The notes: a model not told the origin generated them from the letters alone. 64,000 bases of DNA from Desulfatiglandales bacterium (GCA_963666345.1 OY762721.1:2240001-2304000), one strand, 5' to 3'; counted from the first letter of the stretch, positions 29,902 to 40,545 are shown. A program made the numbers and translations.

Positions 29902-30509
29902 CAGGGTTCTACCTCCTTGTAAGTAGGATTTTCAGCATTAAAACTATTCATTACCCGTTCTATACCTTCTGAGACAAACATCTCACACGCATCGACCGCT
30001 GATGAGACTACTGATTCGATTATCGGTTTTTCATCAGCATAGAAAGACGAAAGGACGAAATCTTCTACCATTTCCCCGTGCCGGGGGCGCCCGATTCCTA
30101 TCTTTATGCGAGGGAAATGCGAATCTTGGAGATGCTCAATAATGGAACGCACGCCTTTGTGCCCTCCGGCGCCTCCATTTCTGGTCGCCTTTATCCTGCC
30201 TGTTGGAAGGTCAAGATCGTCATGTACAACCAGGATGTTGCTTATAGGCAGGTTGTAATACTCGGCACATGCATCGACCGAATAACCGCTTAGATTCATA
30301 AAGGTCAGGGGACAGAGCAGGAAGGTCGTTTTGTAATGCAATATGGTTTTGACGGATCTGGCCTTGAAATGGCTTTCAGAAAATTGAAGTCCAAGGCTTT
30401 TTCGCCACTGGTCAATTATTCTGCACCCTATGTTGTGCCTTGTATATTCGTACCTCGAGCCCGGGTTTCCAAGCCCCACGCATAGGTACTTTTCAGAATG
30501 AGCGTCCAC
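29901..30509 (-). CDS. pth: Peptidyl-tRNA hydrolase
   Basis: VGLGNPG, TRHNIG, TFMNLSG, HDDLD and GGHKG. Confidence 0.96.
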   Translation of the reverse strand: MDAHSEKYLCVGLGNPGSRYEYTRHNIGCRIIDQWRKSLGLQFSESHFKARSVKTILHYKTTFLLCPLTFMNLSGYSVDACAEYYNLPISNILVVHDDLDLPTGRIKATRNGGAGGHKGVRSIIEHLQDSHFPRIKIGIGRPRHGEMVEDFVLSSFYADEKPIIESVVSSAVDACEMFVSEGIERVMNSFNAENPTYKEVEP

Positions 30510-30529
30510 CTGCCTTTCTCTGCCTGCAT

Positions 30530-31177
30530 CTATTGTGCTTCTTTTTCAGGTGCTTCCTCTGTTGTAGTCTCCTCCGCCCCTTCAAGCTCTTCCTCGGCCT
30601 CTTCTTCCTGAACCGTGGGTGCTGCGACAACTGCAATAGTAAGGCCGTCTTCTTCGTTGGTATTAACCCCTTCAGGCAGGTCAATGTCCTCGATGTGAAG
30701 GGCGTCCCCTATTTCCAGTTTTGATACGTCAACCGTTATGCTCTCTATTAGTTTGTCAGGCAGGCAGGAAATCGAAATCTCCCTTGTTATCTGCTGCAGA
30801 ACTCCCCCATTGGCTGCTCCCGCCGGAGTTCCTTCAAGGTGGATAGATAAGTCAACCGTGATTTCCTTGTCCATGGATATCTCGTAAAAATCGGCATGGA
30901 TGATGGTATCCTTGATCGGGTCGACCGTAAGGTCCTTGATAATGGTACTGTATATTTTTTCACCCCCGCCGGATGTGATCTTGAGATTTATAAGCGTGCT
31001 TTCGATCGAACCATGTTTTAGTATTTTCTCAAGCTCGTTCATTTCCACTGTCAGGGATACCGGCTCGATTTTGGGCCCGTATAACACAGCCGGCAGTTTG
31101 TTTTCCTTGCGTAATTTTCTGGCTGCCTCTTTTCCTGTCTTATTTCTTATCAGGGCAGCAACAATAGGCTGATCCAT
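30530..31177 (-). CDS. rplY: 50S ribosomal protein L25/Ctc
   Basis: GK.AARKLR, PAVLYG, HADF and an acidic tail. Located between prs and pth. Confidence 0.95.
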   Translation of the reverse strand: MDQPIVAALIRNKTGKEAARKLRKENKLPAVLYGPKIEPVSLTVEMNELEKILKHGSIESTLINLKITSGGGEKIYSTIIKDLTVDPIKDTIIHADFYEISMDKEITVDLSIHLEGTPAGAANGGVLQQITREISISCLPDKLIESITVDVSKLEIGDALHIEDIDLPEGVNTNEEDGLTIAVVAAPTVQEEEAEEELEGAEETTTEEAPEKEAQ

Positions 31178-31244
31178 TTACTTCCTCCGTATATTTATTT
31201 ATCCTCATAACGGCCTTGAACCCCTTTTTACGTGAGGGCTTCGG

Positions 31245-32177
31245 CTATACAAAAAGGGTGCTGACCGAGTGAGAGGTGTTAATCCTTTTTATGGTCTCTC
31301 CAAGCAGTTCCGCAATTGACAGGGAGGTTATCTTTTTACACTTTTCAGCCGCCCTTTCGTTTAGAGGAATTGTGTTAGTTACCACCAGACTATTTATAAC
31401 GGAATCCTCCAGCCTTTCAATGGCAGGCCCTGAAAGAACCGCGTGGGTGCAGCAGGCATGAATGGTAGAGGCACCCCTTAACTTCAAGGCCAGAGCCGCC
31501 TGGGTCAGTGTGCCTGCGGTATCGACCATGTCATCCAAAATTATGGCGATCCTGTTTTCCACCTCACCTATTATATTCATTGCCTCTGCGACGTTGGGCG
31601 CTTCTCTCCTTTTGTCTATTATGGCAAGGGACGCATCCAGGCGTTTTGCAAAAGCGCGGGCTCTCTCCACTCCGCCCGCATCGGGTGAGACGATGACGAG
31701 GTTGTCTTGAAAGCTGCTTTTGATATGGTTCAGTAAGATAGGCGCCGCAAATATATTGTCCACAGGAATATTGAAATAACCCTGGATCTGCCCTGCGTGC
31801 AGGTCCATAGACACGACCCTGTGGGCTCCGGCGACCGTAATAAGGTCGGCAACCAGCTTTGCGCTGATAGGCACCCTGGGCCTTACTTTTCTGTCCTGGC
31901 GGCCGTATCCGTAGTAGGGGATTACCGCCGTGATGGTTCTGGCAGAGGCCCTTCTGAGGGCGTCAGTGATTATCAGCAGCTGCATGAGATTGTCATTTAC
32001 AGGCGGGCAGGTAGACTGAAGGATAAAGGCATCCTGGCCTCGAATGTTTTCTCCTATCTCAACCTGTATTTCTCCGTCGCTGAAGGTCTTGGCCGTAATC
32101 TTTCCAGGCTCAATACCGAGATAGTCGCAGACTTCAATAGTCAAAGTCGGATTAGAGGTTCCACCGAACAGCTTCAT
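31245..32177 (-). CDS. prs: Ribose-phosphate pyrophosphokinase
   Basis: [31 protein letters not shown] and DDMVDTAGT. Confidence 0.98.
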   Translation of the reverse strand: MKLFGGTSNPTLTIEVCDYLGIEPGKITAKTFSDGEIQVEIGENIRGQDAFILQSTCPPVNDNLMQLLIITDALRRASARTITAVIPYYGYGRQDRKVRPRVPISAKLVADLITVAGAHRVVSMDLHAGQIQGYFNIPVDNIFAAPILLNHIKSSFQDNLVIVSPDAGGVERARAFAKRLDASLAIIDKRREAPNVAEAMNIIGEVENRIAIILDDMVDTAGTLTQAALALKLRGASTIHACCTHAVLSGPAIERLEDSVINSLVVTNTIPLNERAAEKCKKITSLSIAELLGETIKRINTSHSVSTLFV

Positions 32178-32225
32178 ATCAGAAAATTGTGTCCTCCTTG
32201 ATCAGAAATAAGTGATCTGCGTAAT

Positions 32226-32300
32226 TGGCTGGGGTGGGAGGATTCGAACCTCCGAATGCGGGCTCCAAAGGCCCGTGTCTTACCGCTTGACGACACCCCA
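32226..32300 (-). tRNA. tRNA-Gln(UUG)
   Basis: TGGGGTG...CGGGC-CTTTGGA-GCCCG...GGTTCGAATCC...CACCCCAGCCA, 75 nt with encoded CCA, in the usual ispE-prs position. Confidence 0.97.
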
Positions 32301-32307
32301 ATAGACC

Positions 32308-33150
32308 CTAGCAGATACCTTGCACAACAAAAATATCCCCCAGACATTGGGGGCTGAGCTGCCTCTTGGCCTTTAAGGCGTCATCTTTTGAATTAAATAC
32401 ACCGAAAACGCTTGACCCGCTGCCGGACATCAGGGCACCCTCTGCACCGGCGTTGAGTAATGATTTTTTGATCGAATCGATAGCTGAAAAACGGGCTATA
32501 GTAACCCTTTCAAGATCGTTTTCGAGGTGCCTGACTACCTCAAAAGGCTCCTTTTTTAAGTAATTTATTATATAGTCATGTTTTTTTTCTGTCAACTCTA
32601 ATTTTAGCCTGGCATAGACCCATGCGGTTGAAATATCGAACGGGGGTTTGACTATCAGATACCAGAATCTGGGCAGATTCTCAAAAGGGGAGAGGTCCTC
32701 TCCAATGCCTTTGGCGAGGCATGGAACCCCTTTTAGGAAAAAGGGGACATCCGCACCCAGAGAAAGGGCGGTTTTTTCCATCTCCGCATCTGAAAGGGGA
32801 AACCCTGACATCTCGTTAAGGGCCATGAGTGTGACTGCCGCATCACTGCTTCCACCACCCAGACCGGCCGCGACAGGTATATTCTTCAATATTTCTATGT
32901 CAATGCCCTGATCAATGCCTGTATTGAAAAAAAATGCCTTGGCGGCCTTTTGAACGAGATTATCCTCGCCATCCGGTATAAAAAGCCCCTGGCATGATAA
33001 CCTTATTCCAGGTTTTTGGCTCAGAGTGAATTCAAGGTAGTCAAACAGGGCGACAGGGACCATGATGGATACCAGTTCATGGTATCCGTCAGGCCTTTTC
33101 CCTGTTATCTTGAGGAATATGTTGAGTTTGGCGGGTGCCTTGGTTTTCAT
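32308..33150 (-). CDS. ispE: 4-diphosphocytidyl-2-C-methyl-D-erythritol kinase
   Basis: APAKLN..L, DGYHEL, KNIPVAAGLGGGSSDAA and MSGSGS. The start could instead be 33168. Confidence 0.96.
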   Translation of the reverse strand: MKTKAPAKLNIFLKITGKRPDGYHELVSIMVPVALFDYLEFTLSQKPGIRLSCQGLFIPDGEDNLVQKAAKAFFFNTGIDQGIDIEILKNIPVAAGLGGGSSDAAVTLMALNEMSGFPLSDAEMEKTALSLGADVPFFLKGVPCLAKGIGEDLSPFENLPRFWYLIVKPPFDISTAWVYARLKLELTEKKHDYIINYLKKEPFEVVRHLENDLERVTIARFSAIDSIKKSLLNAGAEGALMSGSGSSVFGVFNSKDDALKAKRQLSPQCLGDIFVVQGIC

Positions 33151-33198
33151 AGAAAAGTGAGGGCTCATTTGAAAGAAGTGCCTTCAAAACAGGGCATA

Positions 33199-33603
33199 TT
33201 ACTCTGCCGCCTTTACATAGCGCCATCTGAGGTCGGTCAGGATGCTTTCAGTGAATTTTACTTCCTCTTCAGTAAGATTTCCCTCGGTCTTTTCCTTTAA
33301 CATGGCAATAGTATCAATGGCATGCTTGGCCATTGGAAGGTCTGTCCTCTTTTCATTCGTGGCCGGGTCGTTTATCTCCCCAAGGTTCAGAAGGGCTGAT
33401 GAACTCAGAGAGAATATCAGGGAGGAAAAATTGGCCTCGGGAAGAGGGATCTGCCTTTCGGAGGGCTCTTTTTTGCCGCTTTTCCCAGGTTTTTTGTCAC
33501 CTTTTTGCTGACCGGTTATCTGATCGCCTTCATCCTTCGGCTCGCCCTTGTCATCGAAGGACCTTTTGTCTTTAACAACAAAACCTTTTTCTTCATCGGA
33601 CAT
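33199..33603 (-). CDS. DUF1844-like protein
   Basis: F..LIFSL...AL..LG and AKHAIDT..ML.EKT.GNL..EE. Upstream of ispE. Confidence 0.8.
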   Translation of the reverse strand: MSDEEKGFVVKDKRSFDDKGEPKDEGDQITGQQKGDKKPGKSGKKEPSERQIPLPEANFSSLIFSLSSSALLNLGEINDPATNEKRTDLPMAKHAIDTIAMLKEKTEGNLTEEEVKFTESILTDLRWRYVKAAE

Positions 33604-33707
33604 GATAACTCTCCTGTAATTGGTGCATTAGTAAAAAAAACAGTATAGTGTCGGCACGGTAAAAAGTTCCCCGTCAAGGCGGGACAGTCGGTCTTTTTAT
33701 GAAGCCG

Positions 33708-35288
33708 TTACAGTTCAATCTTTTTTACATTGAATACATTTTCCATACCCCTGAGCTGGTCGAGTAATTCTTCGCTGGCCTGGGTGCTGGTGTTTAAAAA
33801 TATAATATTCTGTTTTTTCTCTTTTTCTTCTCCGACCTGCATTCGTTTTATGTTTATTCCGTTTTTCCCCAGGGTGGTTCCTATCTGTCCTATGGCCCCG
33901 GGCTGATCATGATTGTGTATGAGCAGATTATGGCCCTCCGGAATGGCCTCCAGATAAAAATTGTTTATTCTCAATATCCTGGGCATATTTTTCCCGAAAA
34001 TTGTGCCTGAAATGATGTTTTCGTTCTCCAGGGTCTTTACGTTTATTTTTATCAGGCTTGAAAAATTTTCCGATGTCTCGCTTTTGGATTCAATAACCTT
34101 GATGCCTCTTTCGGCCGCGATAAAAGGGGCGTTTACAAAGTTTACGTCATCCTTGAGGATCGGTGTCAAAAGACCCTTGAGCATTGCGATAGTGAGAGGT
34201 TTTACATCATACCTGGTAACCACGCCCGAGTAGGCTATTTGAACCTCCAGTATGGCGCTGTCCGCAAGCTGGGTGTGCATTGATCCCATGCGCTCCATAA
34301 GCGTGACATAGGGATGAAGGGTATTCATGAGCTCGGAACTTATGCTCGGGACATTTACCGCGTTTTTGACGGTGCCGTGAAGCAGATAGGCCACGATCTG
34401 ATTGGCCACGTCTTCCGCGACATTGTCCTGGGCCTCTGCGGTCGATGCTCCAAGGTGGGGGGTGCATATGAAATTGGACAGGGACAGCAACCTGTTTTCA
34501 ACAGGAGGTTCCTTTATGAAGACGTCAAGGGCGGCGCCTCCAATTTGACCCGATTCCAGCGCATCGTAAAGATCGTCTTCATTCACGATGCCCCCTCGGG
34601 CACAGTTTATCAACATGGCCCCTTTTTTCATCCTTTCAAAACTTTTTTTGTTGAACATGTCGGCTGTTTCATCGGTCTTGGGGGTATGGATGGTTATGAA
34701 ATCGGATCTTTCGAGCAGCTCTTCAAAGGAGACCGGCTCAAGGTCCAGTTTTTCTATGGTATCAGGCTTTATATATGGATCAAATACTATTACCTTTAGC
34801 TTAAGACCCTTTGCGCGATCAGCCACGATTCGTCCGATATGTCCCGCGCCGACAAGGCCCAATGTCTTATTGAAAAGCTCACGACCCTTGAGCTTCTTCT
34901 TTTCCCATTTACCCTTCTTGAGCGATATGGTCGCCTGAGGTATGTTCCTGCACAGGGCCATAAGCATGGCAACGGCATGCTCCGCGGTCGTGATGGTATT
35001 TCCCTCAGGGGTATTCATTACGACTATCCCCCTCTGGCTTGCTGCGGGGATATCGACATTATCGAGTCCTATTCCTGCGCGACCGATTACCTTCAGATTT
35101 TTTGCCGCCGAGATTATATCGGAAGTGACCTTTGTGGCGCTTCGAATGACAAGTCCGTCATAGGGCTCAATGATCTCTTTCAGCTCCTGAGCCGTTAAAC
35201 CTGTATTGACGTCCAGTTCAATGCCGGGTGCGTCCTGAAAGATCTTGATTCCAACATCTGATAACGGATCGCTTATTAGGACCTTCAT
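33708..35288 (-). CDS. serA: D-3-phosphoglycerate dehydrogenase, long form with ACT domain
   Basis: MKVLISD start at 35288, RAGIGLDNVD, NCARGG, TPHLGAST and DQPG in the ACT domain. Confidence 0.95.
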   Translation of the reverse strand: MKVLISDPLSDVGIKIFQDAPGIELDVNTGLTAQELKEIIEPYDGLVIRSATKVTSDIISAAKNLKVIGRAGIGLDNVDIPAASQRGIVVMNTPEGNTITTAEHAVAMLMALCRNIPQATISLKKGKWEKKKLKGRELFNKTLGLVGAGHIGRIVADRAKGLKLKVIVFDPYIKPDTIEKLDLEPVSFEELLERSDFITIHTPKTDETADMFNKKSFERMKKGAMLINCARGGIVNEDDLYDALESGQIGGAALDVFIKEPPVENRLLSLSNFICTPHLGASTAEAQDNVAEDVANQIVAYLLHGTVKNAVNVPSISSELMNTLHPYVTLMERMGSMHTQLADSAILEVQIAYSGVVTRYDVKPLTIAMLKGLLTPILKDDVNFVNAPFIAAERGIKVIESKSETSENFSSLIKINVKTLENENIISGTIFGKNMPRILRINNFYLEAIPEGHNLLIHNHDQPGAIGQIGTTLGKNGINIKRMQVGEEKEKKQNIIFLNTSTQASEELLDQLRGMENVFNVKKIEL

Positions 35289-35364
35289 AATTTTCTCCTT
35301 ACTTTTGGTTTTCAGTTTGGTTTTAGGGAACCAAAAATTTAACTTTTTCTCCAACTCTGTTTCA

Positions 35365-35533
35365 GAGAAGGTTTCAAGGACCCGAGGAATCGAGGAGTCA
35401 AGGGAATAAAAAACAGATCTTCTTACTTATAAAAGCGAATCTTAAATCCTTAGAGAATTGTCAAACCTTAAGCTCTTTGTAATGCTGCACAGCATGTCAC
35501 TTGAACCCTCGAATCCTTGATCCCCTGGACCCT
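35365..35533. mobile_element. Cassette with inverted octamer-repeat arms around a decayed four-helix-bundle gene start, copy 1
   Basis: Left arm TTTCAAGG ACCCGAGG AATCGAGG AGTCAAGG; right arm CACTTGAA CCCTCGAA TCCTTGAT CCCCTGGA. The interior minus strand reads ML(fs)QHYKELKV*QFS. Confidence 0.6.
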
Positions 35534-35960
35534 ATGGCTCCCCACCTCCCCCATTAAGTCGATCCATCTATTAAGCACAGCTAATCAACAGATAATCATA
35601 AACTCACAACAATGACAGCAAATTCTATCCAACGACCGGATTTTGTCAAGCTGGATCTAAAACTTATTGTCCGGTTTTCTCAGTCCCACTGCCCCTTTGC
35701 CTTTGTATTGCAGCGCCTTTTTTATTGAGATAAAATTGATAATAACCATATATTTTATAGCTAAACATATATTTGGCATAGTATATGTTTGACATTTATG
35801 GTTTTAATCTTTAATCTTTTTTCATAAAATATCTGCCTGCCCTCATCTCCAGCTGTTCCAGCCTGAACGAGATTTCCTCTTCCGAGGGCTGTCCCCTGAA
35901 AAAATTATCGGAAGTTCTATTCGTCTTTTCATAACCGTATCCTTTAGGAGGAGGTGTCAA

Positions 35961-37217
35961 ATGAAAAAAATCTTTGCGTTATTGTGTATGGTAGGTCTGG
36001 TTTTTCTCTTAACAGCACCACTTCTTGCAGGCGGAATAGATAACAAGCACAACTTCAGCGCGGAATATATCAGGACCCTTAACAGAAACGCCGCTGTCGA
36101 TTCCGCAGACGCGGTGGTCTATAACCCGGCAGGCGTCATGCAGATGGAAAACGGTTTTTATCTCAATTTCACGGGACAGTACGCGGCAAAGGACTATTCA
36201 AATACCTTCGGCGGCATGGAGTATGACAGTGATACGCCTGATATAGTCCCGAGCCTGTTCGCCCTTTACAAGAAGGACAAATGGGCCGGTTTTGCAGCCT
36301 TTACAATCCCTGTTGGCGGGGGCGCGGTGGAGTATGAAAAGGGCTCGGCAACCACCACCGCCCTTGCTACAAGTATAATAGCAGGCTCTCTAGGTGCTTA
36401 TACATTCCCGATTCTGGGTCAGTTTATGGAGGGAGAATCATATTATTACGGCTTAACCGTGGGAGGGGCATACGCCATAAACGATATGGTGTCTGTTTCC
36501 CTGGGATTGCGTTATTCCGACGCCAACATAGAGAGAAGCGGGTATGCCAGAATTACGGGGGCTGGGCCTCCTCCAGATAGAACATTTCGAATAGACTACG
36601 AAGAGACAGGAGACGGTATTTGCGGAATAATTGGATTAAATCTGAAGTTGTCCGGCAGGTTTAATATAGGAATCAGATATGAAACCAGCACGAGCCTTAC
36701 CCTTGAAACAAAGGAAAGCATAGATGATCCGGGAATAATTGCTAACGGGTCAAAAAGGGAAAGGGATATCCCCGGCATTCTCGGCCTGGGCCTTGGCTTC
36801 CAGGTAACGCCTAAACTATATGCCACCGCCACTTATACCTTGTACCAGAACGGGGGCGCTGACTGGGATGACATAGCCATATCAGGTGGTAACGAGGCGC
36901 TTAAGAAGAACGGCTACGACATAGGACTTGCCTTTGAGTATGCCTTTAGACCCACTTTGAGGGGTAGTTTCGGGGTACTGTATACTGAGACAGGTATAGA
37001 GCCTGATAACATGAGCAAAGAGGCACCCGAGCTTGACGCGGTAACCGTTGCGGGCGGTATCGCCTACGACGTAAGCCAAAGGATGACCTTAAATTTCGGT
37101 GTGCTCAAGACCTTTTACCAGGATGAGACCACAACGATCGCTCCTCTTATCCCGACTCCGGTAAAACTGGAAAAAGACGTGATGATTCTGTCGGCTGGGA
37201 TACAGTACAGGTTCTAG
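35961..37217 (+). CDS. OmpP1/FadL-family outer-membrane transporter
   Basis: Signal peptide, DA..YNPAG hatch motif, amphipathic strands and a C-terminal IQYRF. Confidence 0.85.
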   Translation: MKKIFALLCMVGLVFLLTAPLLAGGIDNKHNFSAEYIRTLNRNAAVDSADAVVYNPAGVMQMENGFYLNFTGQYAAKDYSNTFGGMEYDSDTPDIVPSLFALYKKDKWAGFAAFTIPVGGGAVEYEKGSATTTALATSIIAGSLGAYTFPILGQFMEGESYYYGLTVGGAYAINDMVSVSLGLRYSDANIERSGYARITGAGPPPDRTFRIDYEETGDGICGIIGLNLKLSGRFNIGIRYETSTSLTLETKESIDDPGIIANGSKRERDIPGILGLGLGFQVTPKLYATATYTLYQNGGADWDDIAISGGNEALKKNGYDIGLAFEYAFRPTLRGSFGVLYTETGIEPDNMSKEAPELDAVTVAGGIAYDVSQRMTLNFGVLKTFYQDETTTIAPLIPTPVKLEKDVMILSAGIQYRF

Positions 37218-37246
37218 TAACTTAAATCATTTGTTAAGCACGATAT

Positions 37247-37275
37247 GAAAGGGGCCCTTATTTGGGGCCCCTTTC
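37247..37275 (+). terminator. Intrinsic terminator after the FadL-like gene
   Basis: GAAAGGGGCCC...GGGCCCCTTTC hairpin. Confidence 0.75.
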
Positions 37276-37516
37276 TTGATTAATTTGTAAGGAGTTATAA
37301 AATTCAGGCCGCCAAACCAAAAAGTTCTCCCGGGGAGAAGGCTGGCAATTCTTGAGGAATGAGGCGTAGTTTTGAAGTACGTCGCAATGATTCACCCTGC
37401 TCAATCGACTAGGCCGTCTCGCGCAGCGAGAATTGAACAGGGCGAGGATACAGCATAATCCCGCCCCCGATGCGTGACAGTCGGGCTTAAGCCATCAAGA
37501 ATGCTCAATAGATGGC

Positions 37517-37557
37517 ACAAATAGAAAAGGGCCTTAAAAAGACCCTTTTCTATTTGT
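37517..37557 (-). terminator. Hairpin downstream of the FG-GAP gene
   Basis: Perfect 15-bp inverted repeat ACAAATAGAAAAGGG / CCCTTTTCTATTTGT. Confidence 0.6.
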
Positions 37558-37593
37558 CCTTATCTCTTTCAGACAGCCTTCTGCCTGCACTTT

Positions 37594-39231
37594 TTATTCA
37601 AACCATAATATGCGGCCCGATCCCTCACCTATGTTGTCGAATTTGGGGTTTGTTGCGGCAAGAAATATGGTCTTTCCCCTTGCCTGAATGTCGGTAATAC
37701 AGTAGGGAAGCTCCCTTGTCTTCCAGGCCGGTGTCATGTTCGTGCCCTCTGACTTAAATGCCGTGAGAGTGGACTTGCTATGAAATACCATTCCTCCCAG
37801 CACTTCTGAAAGGGGTATGTTGTCCACCGCCAGCACATCCGCCTTTTCATCGCCGTCGATGTCGGTGATTACCACCCCGCTGTCAAAGGCTATCCTGGGC
37901 TGGGCATCACCGGGGCCTTCGGGCTGACCCAGACGGATCGCGTTGTTGGTCCCACCCATTTTGATACCGCCCTTCCAGAGGACGTTTCCCTCCGCGTCCC
38001 AGACATATAGCCTCGAACCCTTGCCGAGGCCGATCCATTCATACACGCCGTCCTTGTCGAGGTCGGCCCGGTTGAGGGTGTAAAAAATGGCCCTTTTAAG
38101 TTCCGGAAGCTCCTTTGCCTTGGAAAGGCCCCCTTTTACGTCGAATTCCATCTCAAAGATGGGACCTGTGAGGAAATTGTCCACCTTCGAGTTCTGGTAG
38201 ATAAGCAAAGCGGAGCCTGATTTGCCCGACTTGATGGCTCTTAGGTGTCCCGCCTTATCAGTGAGCTTTTTGAATTTGCCTCTCCACTCATAGACGGTAG
38301 TATTGGCCCTGAGCCCGTAACGGGCCACGATAAAGATCTCGGCTCTTCCGCTGCCGTTGGTATCTCCCGCGCTTACCTTGAGGAAATCTTCACCCACGGA
38401 GGATGAAAGGCTGTCTTTTATGGCATAGGTCATGCCGCTTTTTGAATATATGAGCAGTTTCTTCCTTGAGCAGACAAGAAGCTCGTCTTTTCCGTCCCCG
38501 TCAAGGTCTGCCGCGTCAAAGGCAAGGGGGGAGATGTTGACGGGAACGCTTCCTGTCGGTTTGAATCCCTGGTATTCCTGGTATGCCTGATAAAAAAGCC
38601 CCTTTTCCGTGGTAGCGGCACCTGAAAACTCACTTCTGAAGGGAGAAAAAAGTCCTTTTGCGTTCTGAGGAAGATCGGGCCCCTGCGGCGCGCGCGCGGC
38701 GTACGCAGTGGGGGCCGGAAGAGGTCTTCCCTCGATAACGGCCCGCACCTGATAGGCCACATCGGCAAGCTTGGGTATGAAGCTGTTTTCGTCTCCCGCC
38801 TGGGAAAGCCTTTCAACGGGCGCGCCCTCCTTAGTAAGATCAAGCACCGCAAGATCAAGGCTGTATCCCGTGCCCGCAGCCGTAATGCTTCCGAATACCG
38901 CGTAGTCCGCGGCAAGCCTTTCGCATGCCTTTACCGCCTTATCCTTGGAATCTATGACCTCATCCCCTGTGACGGACAGGACCTCTTTTTCCGCGATTAT
39001 ATCAAGACCCCCGCCTGAAAGCCTTGAACTCAGCATGCTCTTGACTCCCTGTTGCAGGTAATCAAGCGGCTTGCCTGAATAGATGGCAAGGGGAAAAAGC
39101 GCGAGCCTTTTATCGGCAGCCCGGGCATTATCCGTAACAGTGCCCAGGGTCAGAAGAAAGGCGAAGGCCGTAAAAATGAAGATCTTTGCGAAACTAATCG
39201 TTTTTTTAAAAAAGGGGGTGGTCATAATCAT
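37594..39231 (-). CDS. Exported FG-GAP/VCBS-repeat protein with TolB-N-like N-terminal domain
   Basis: Signal peptide, ADYAVFGSIT...YSLD, and repeats DLDGDGKDEL, DTNGSGRAEI, DLDKDG and DIDGDEKAD. Confidence 0.78.
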   Translation of the reverse strand: MIMTTPFFKKTISFAKIFIFTAFAFLLTLGTVTDNARAADKRLALFPLAIYSGKPLDYLQQGVKSMLSSRLSGGGLDIIAEKEVLSVTGDEVIDSKDKAVKACERLAADYAVFGSITAAGTGYSLDLAVLDLTKEGAPVERLSQAGDENSFIPKLADVAYQVRAVIEGRPLPAPTAYAARAPQGPDLPQNAKGLFSPFRSEFSGAATTEKGLFYQAYQEYQGFKPTGSVPVNISPLAFDAADLDGDGKDELLVCSRKKLLIYSKSGMTYAIKDSLSSSVGEDFLKVSAGDTNGSGRAEIFIVARYGLRANTTVYEWRGKFKKLTDKAGHLRAIKSGKSGSALLIYQNSKVDNFLTGPIFEMEFDVKGGLSKAKELPELKRAIFYTLNRADLDKDGVYEWIGLGKGSRLYVWDAEGNVLWKGGIKMGGTNNAIRLGQPEGPGDAQPRIAFDSGVVITDIDGDEKADVLAVDNIPLSEVLGGMVFHSKSTLTAFKSEGTNMTPAWKTRELPYCITDIQARGKTIFLAATNPKFDNIGEGSGRILWFE

Positions 39232-39346
39232 AGTCTCTTTTGTAAGGTTTATTACTGAAATAAGGCACGTCTATAAAAAAATGAACACAACAGTAACAGT
39301 ATCTTGCCTCAGTGTAAATCCGGTTTAAACTTTTTACAAGCCCTTT

Positions 39347-39377
39347 AAAAAAGAACCCGGGGCCATAGGCCCCGGGT
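39347..39377 (-). terminator. Intrinsic terminator after the porin gene
   Basis: ACCCGGGGCC-ATA-GGCCCCGGGT with a T tract on the minus strand. Confidence 0.8.
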
Positions 39378-39411
39378 CCATTTAATGATCAGACACTAAA
39401 TCCGGCAGGAT

Positions 39412-40545
39412 TTAGAAGTTGATCTGCCACTTTGCGCCAAAGTAGGTCAATTTACCCTGGTCTGCATCTACGCCGCCGACGGTGATGTCTTTGTCGTCAA
39501 CAACGCCGATTTCAGGAACGATGAAGCAGCCCTTTGCAAGGTTGATGGTGGCATTCAGATAGTAGGAAACGGTGGTATCGTCATTCTTCAGGACTGTGTC
39601 CAGCTCTGAGTTGGCATAACCGTAGCCGGCTTCGAATGTCAGCATGTCGTTTACCTTGAATCCTGCGACCAGGTTGAATCCCCAGTCATCAACGTCATTT
39701 TCCGCCCACAGGCCGGTTGTTGCATTGTAGAGCCTTACAGGAGCCCAGGCAGGATCATGCAGCCAGCCGTAGGCCGCAAAGTTCTGACCGAAGTTGATGG
39801 AACCGTTAAGAAAGATAGGACCGAATGTGGTCTTGGCAGTCGCACCGTAGACATAGGAGTCAATGCTGGTAGATGCCAGGTTGGCGGTAGCAGTGTTGAC
39901 TTCCTGGTCATAGGAGTGGTATCCGCCGAACACGGTCATTTTCACGGGACCGAACGCGAAAGCGTAGGATGCCTCGATGAGCGGGATGCTGTTGTCAGTA
40001 TCGGCAACAGTACCGGCAACCCATGTCGCGGCTGGATCTGCGGCATAACCGGGGGTATTCGGCTCTACCAGGGCGATCTTGAGTCCGCCCATGTGAAGGG
40101 CGATCTGTGCCTGACGAACGCGGCCTGAGGCGGCACCATAGAACAGCAGGTCGTTGTCACCGGCGAACACCTGGTTTGAAATCAGGTTAAAGCCGGGGGT
40201 GTAGGCCTTACCAATGAGAAGCTTGCCCGGGCCGAAGTTCCATGTTCCGTAAAGGAGCCTTACCCTTGCGGCTTCATGGGCACCCGTTGTCTGGTTTGTT
40301 ACGCCATACTCGAAACGGCCGTAGATGTCGCCGGCCTTTACATTTGCGCCGACCCTTGAGTTTCCCTGAAGATCCCATGTGGTAAGTCCGCTATCGTCCA
40401 GTACGGCACCTGGGTTGTCTGTGTCAGTCCAGAATGTGCTCATCCTGGCGCTTCCGTAGAAGTTCCATTCGGCAGCTGCCATTGCCGGCACTGAAAAGGC
40501 AACAACAAATGCTACTGCTGCAAGAATTGTAAACAGCTTTTTCAT
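39412..40545 (-). CDS. Outer-membrane porin, probably a major one
   Basis: Signal peptide, WNFYGSARM, RLLYGTW and a C-terminal WQINF. Strong GGAGG RBS and its own terminator. Confidence 0.8.
   Translation of the reverse strand: MKKLFTILAAVAFVVAFSVPAMAAAEWNFYGSARMSTFWTDTDNPGAVLDDSGLTTWDLQGNSRVGANVKAGDIYGRFEYGVTNQTTGAHEAARVRLLYGTWNFGPGKLLIGKAYTPGFNLISNQVFAGDNDLLFYGAASGRVRQAQIALHMGGLKIALVEPNTPGYAADPAATWVAGTVADTDNSIPLIEASYAFAFGPVKMTVFGGYHSYDQEVNTATANLASTSIDSYVYGATAKTTFGPIFLNGSINFGQNFAAYGWLHDPAWAPVRLYNATTGLWAENDVDDWGFNLVAGFKVNDMLTFEAGYGYANSELDTVLKNDDTTVSYYLNATINLAKGCFIVPEIGVVDDKDITVGGVDADQGKLTYFGAKWQINF

Noticed and set aside
32226..32300. tRNA-Gln as an integration site
   Set aside because: The flanks are the normal ispE and prs genes, and no integrase or duplicated tRNA end was seen.
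35774..35789. sigma54 promoter TGGCATAGTATATGTT upstream of the FadL-like gene
   Set aside because: It has GT instead of GC at -12, and a sigma70-like promoter is adjacent.
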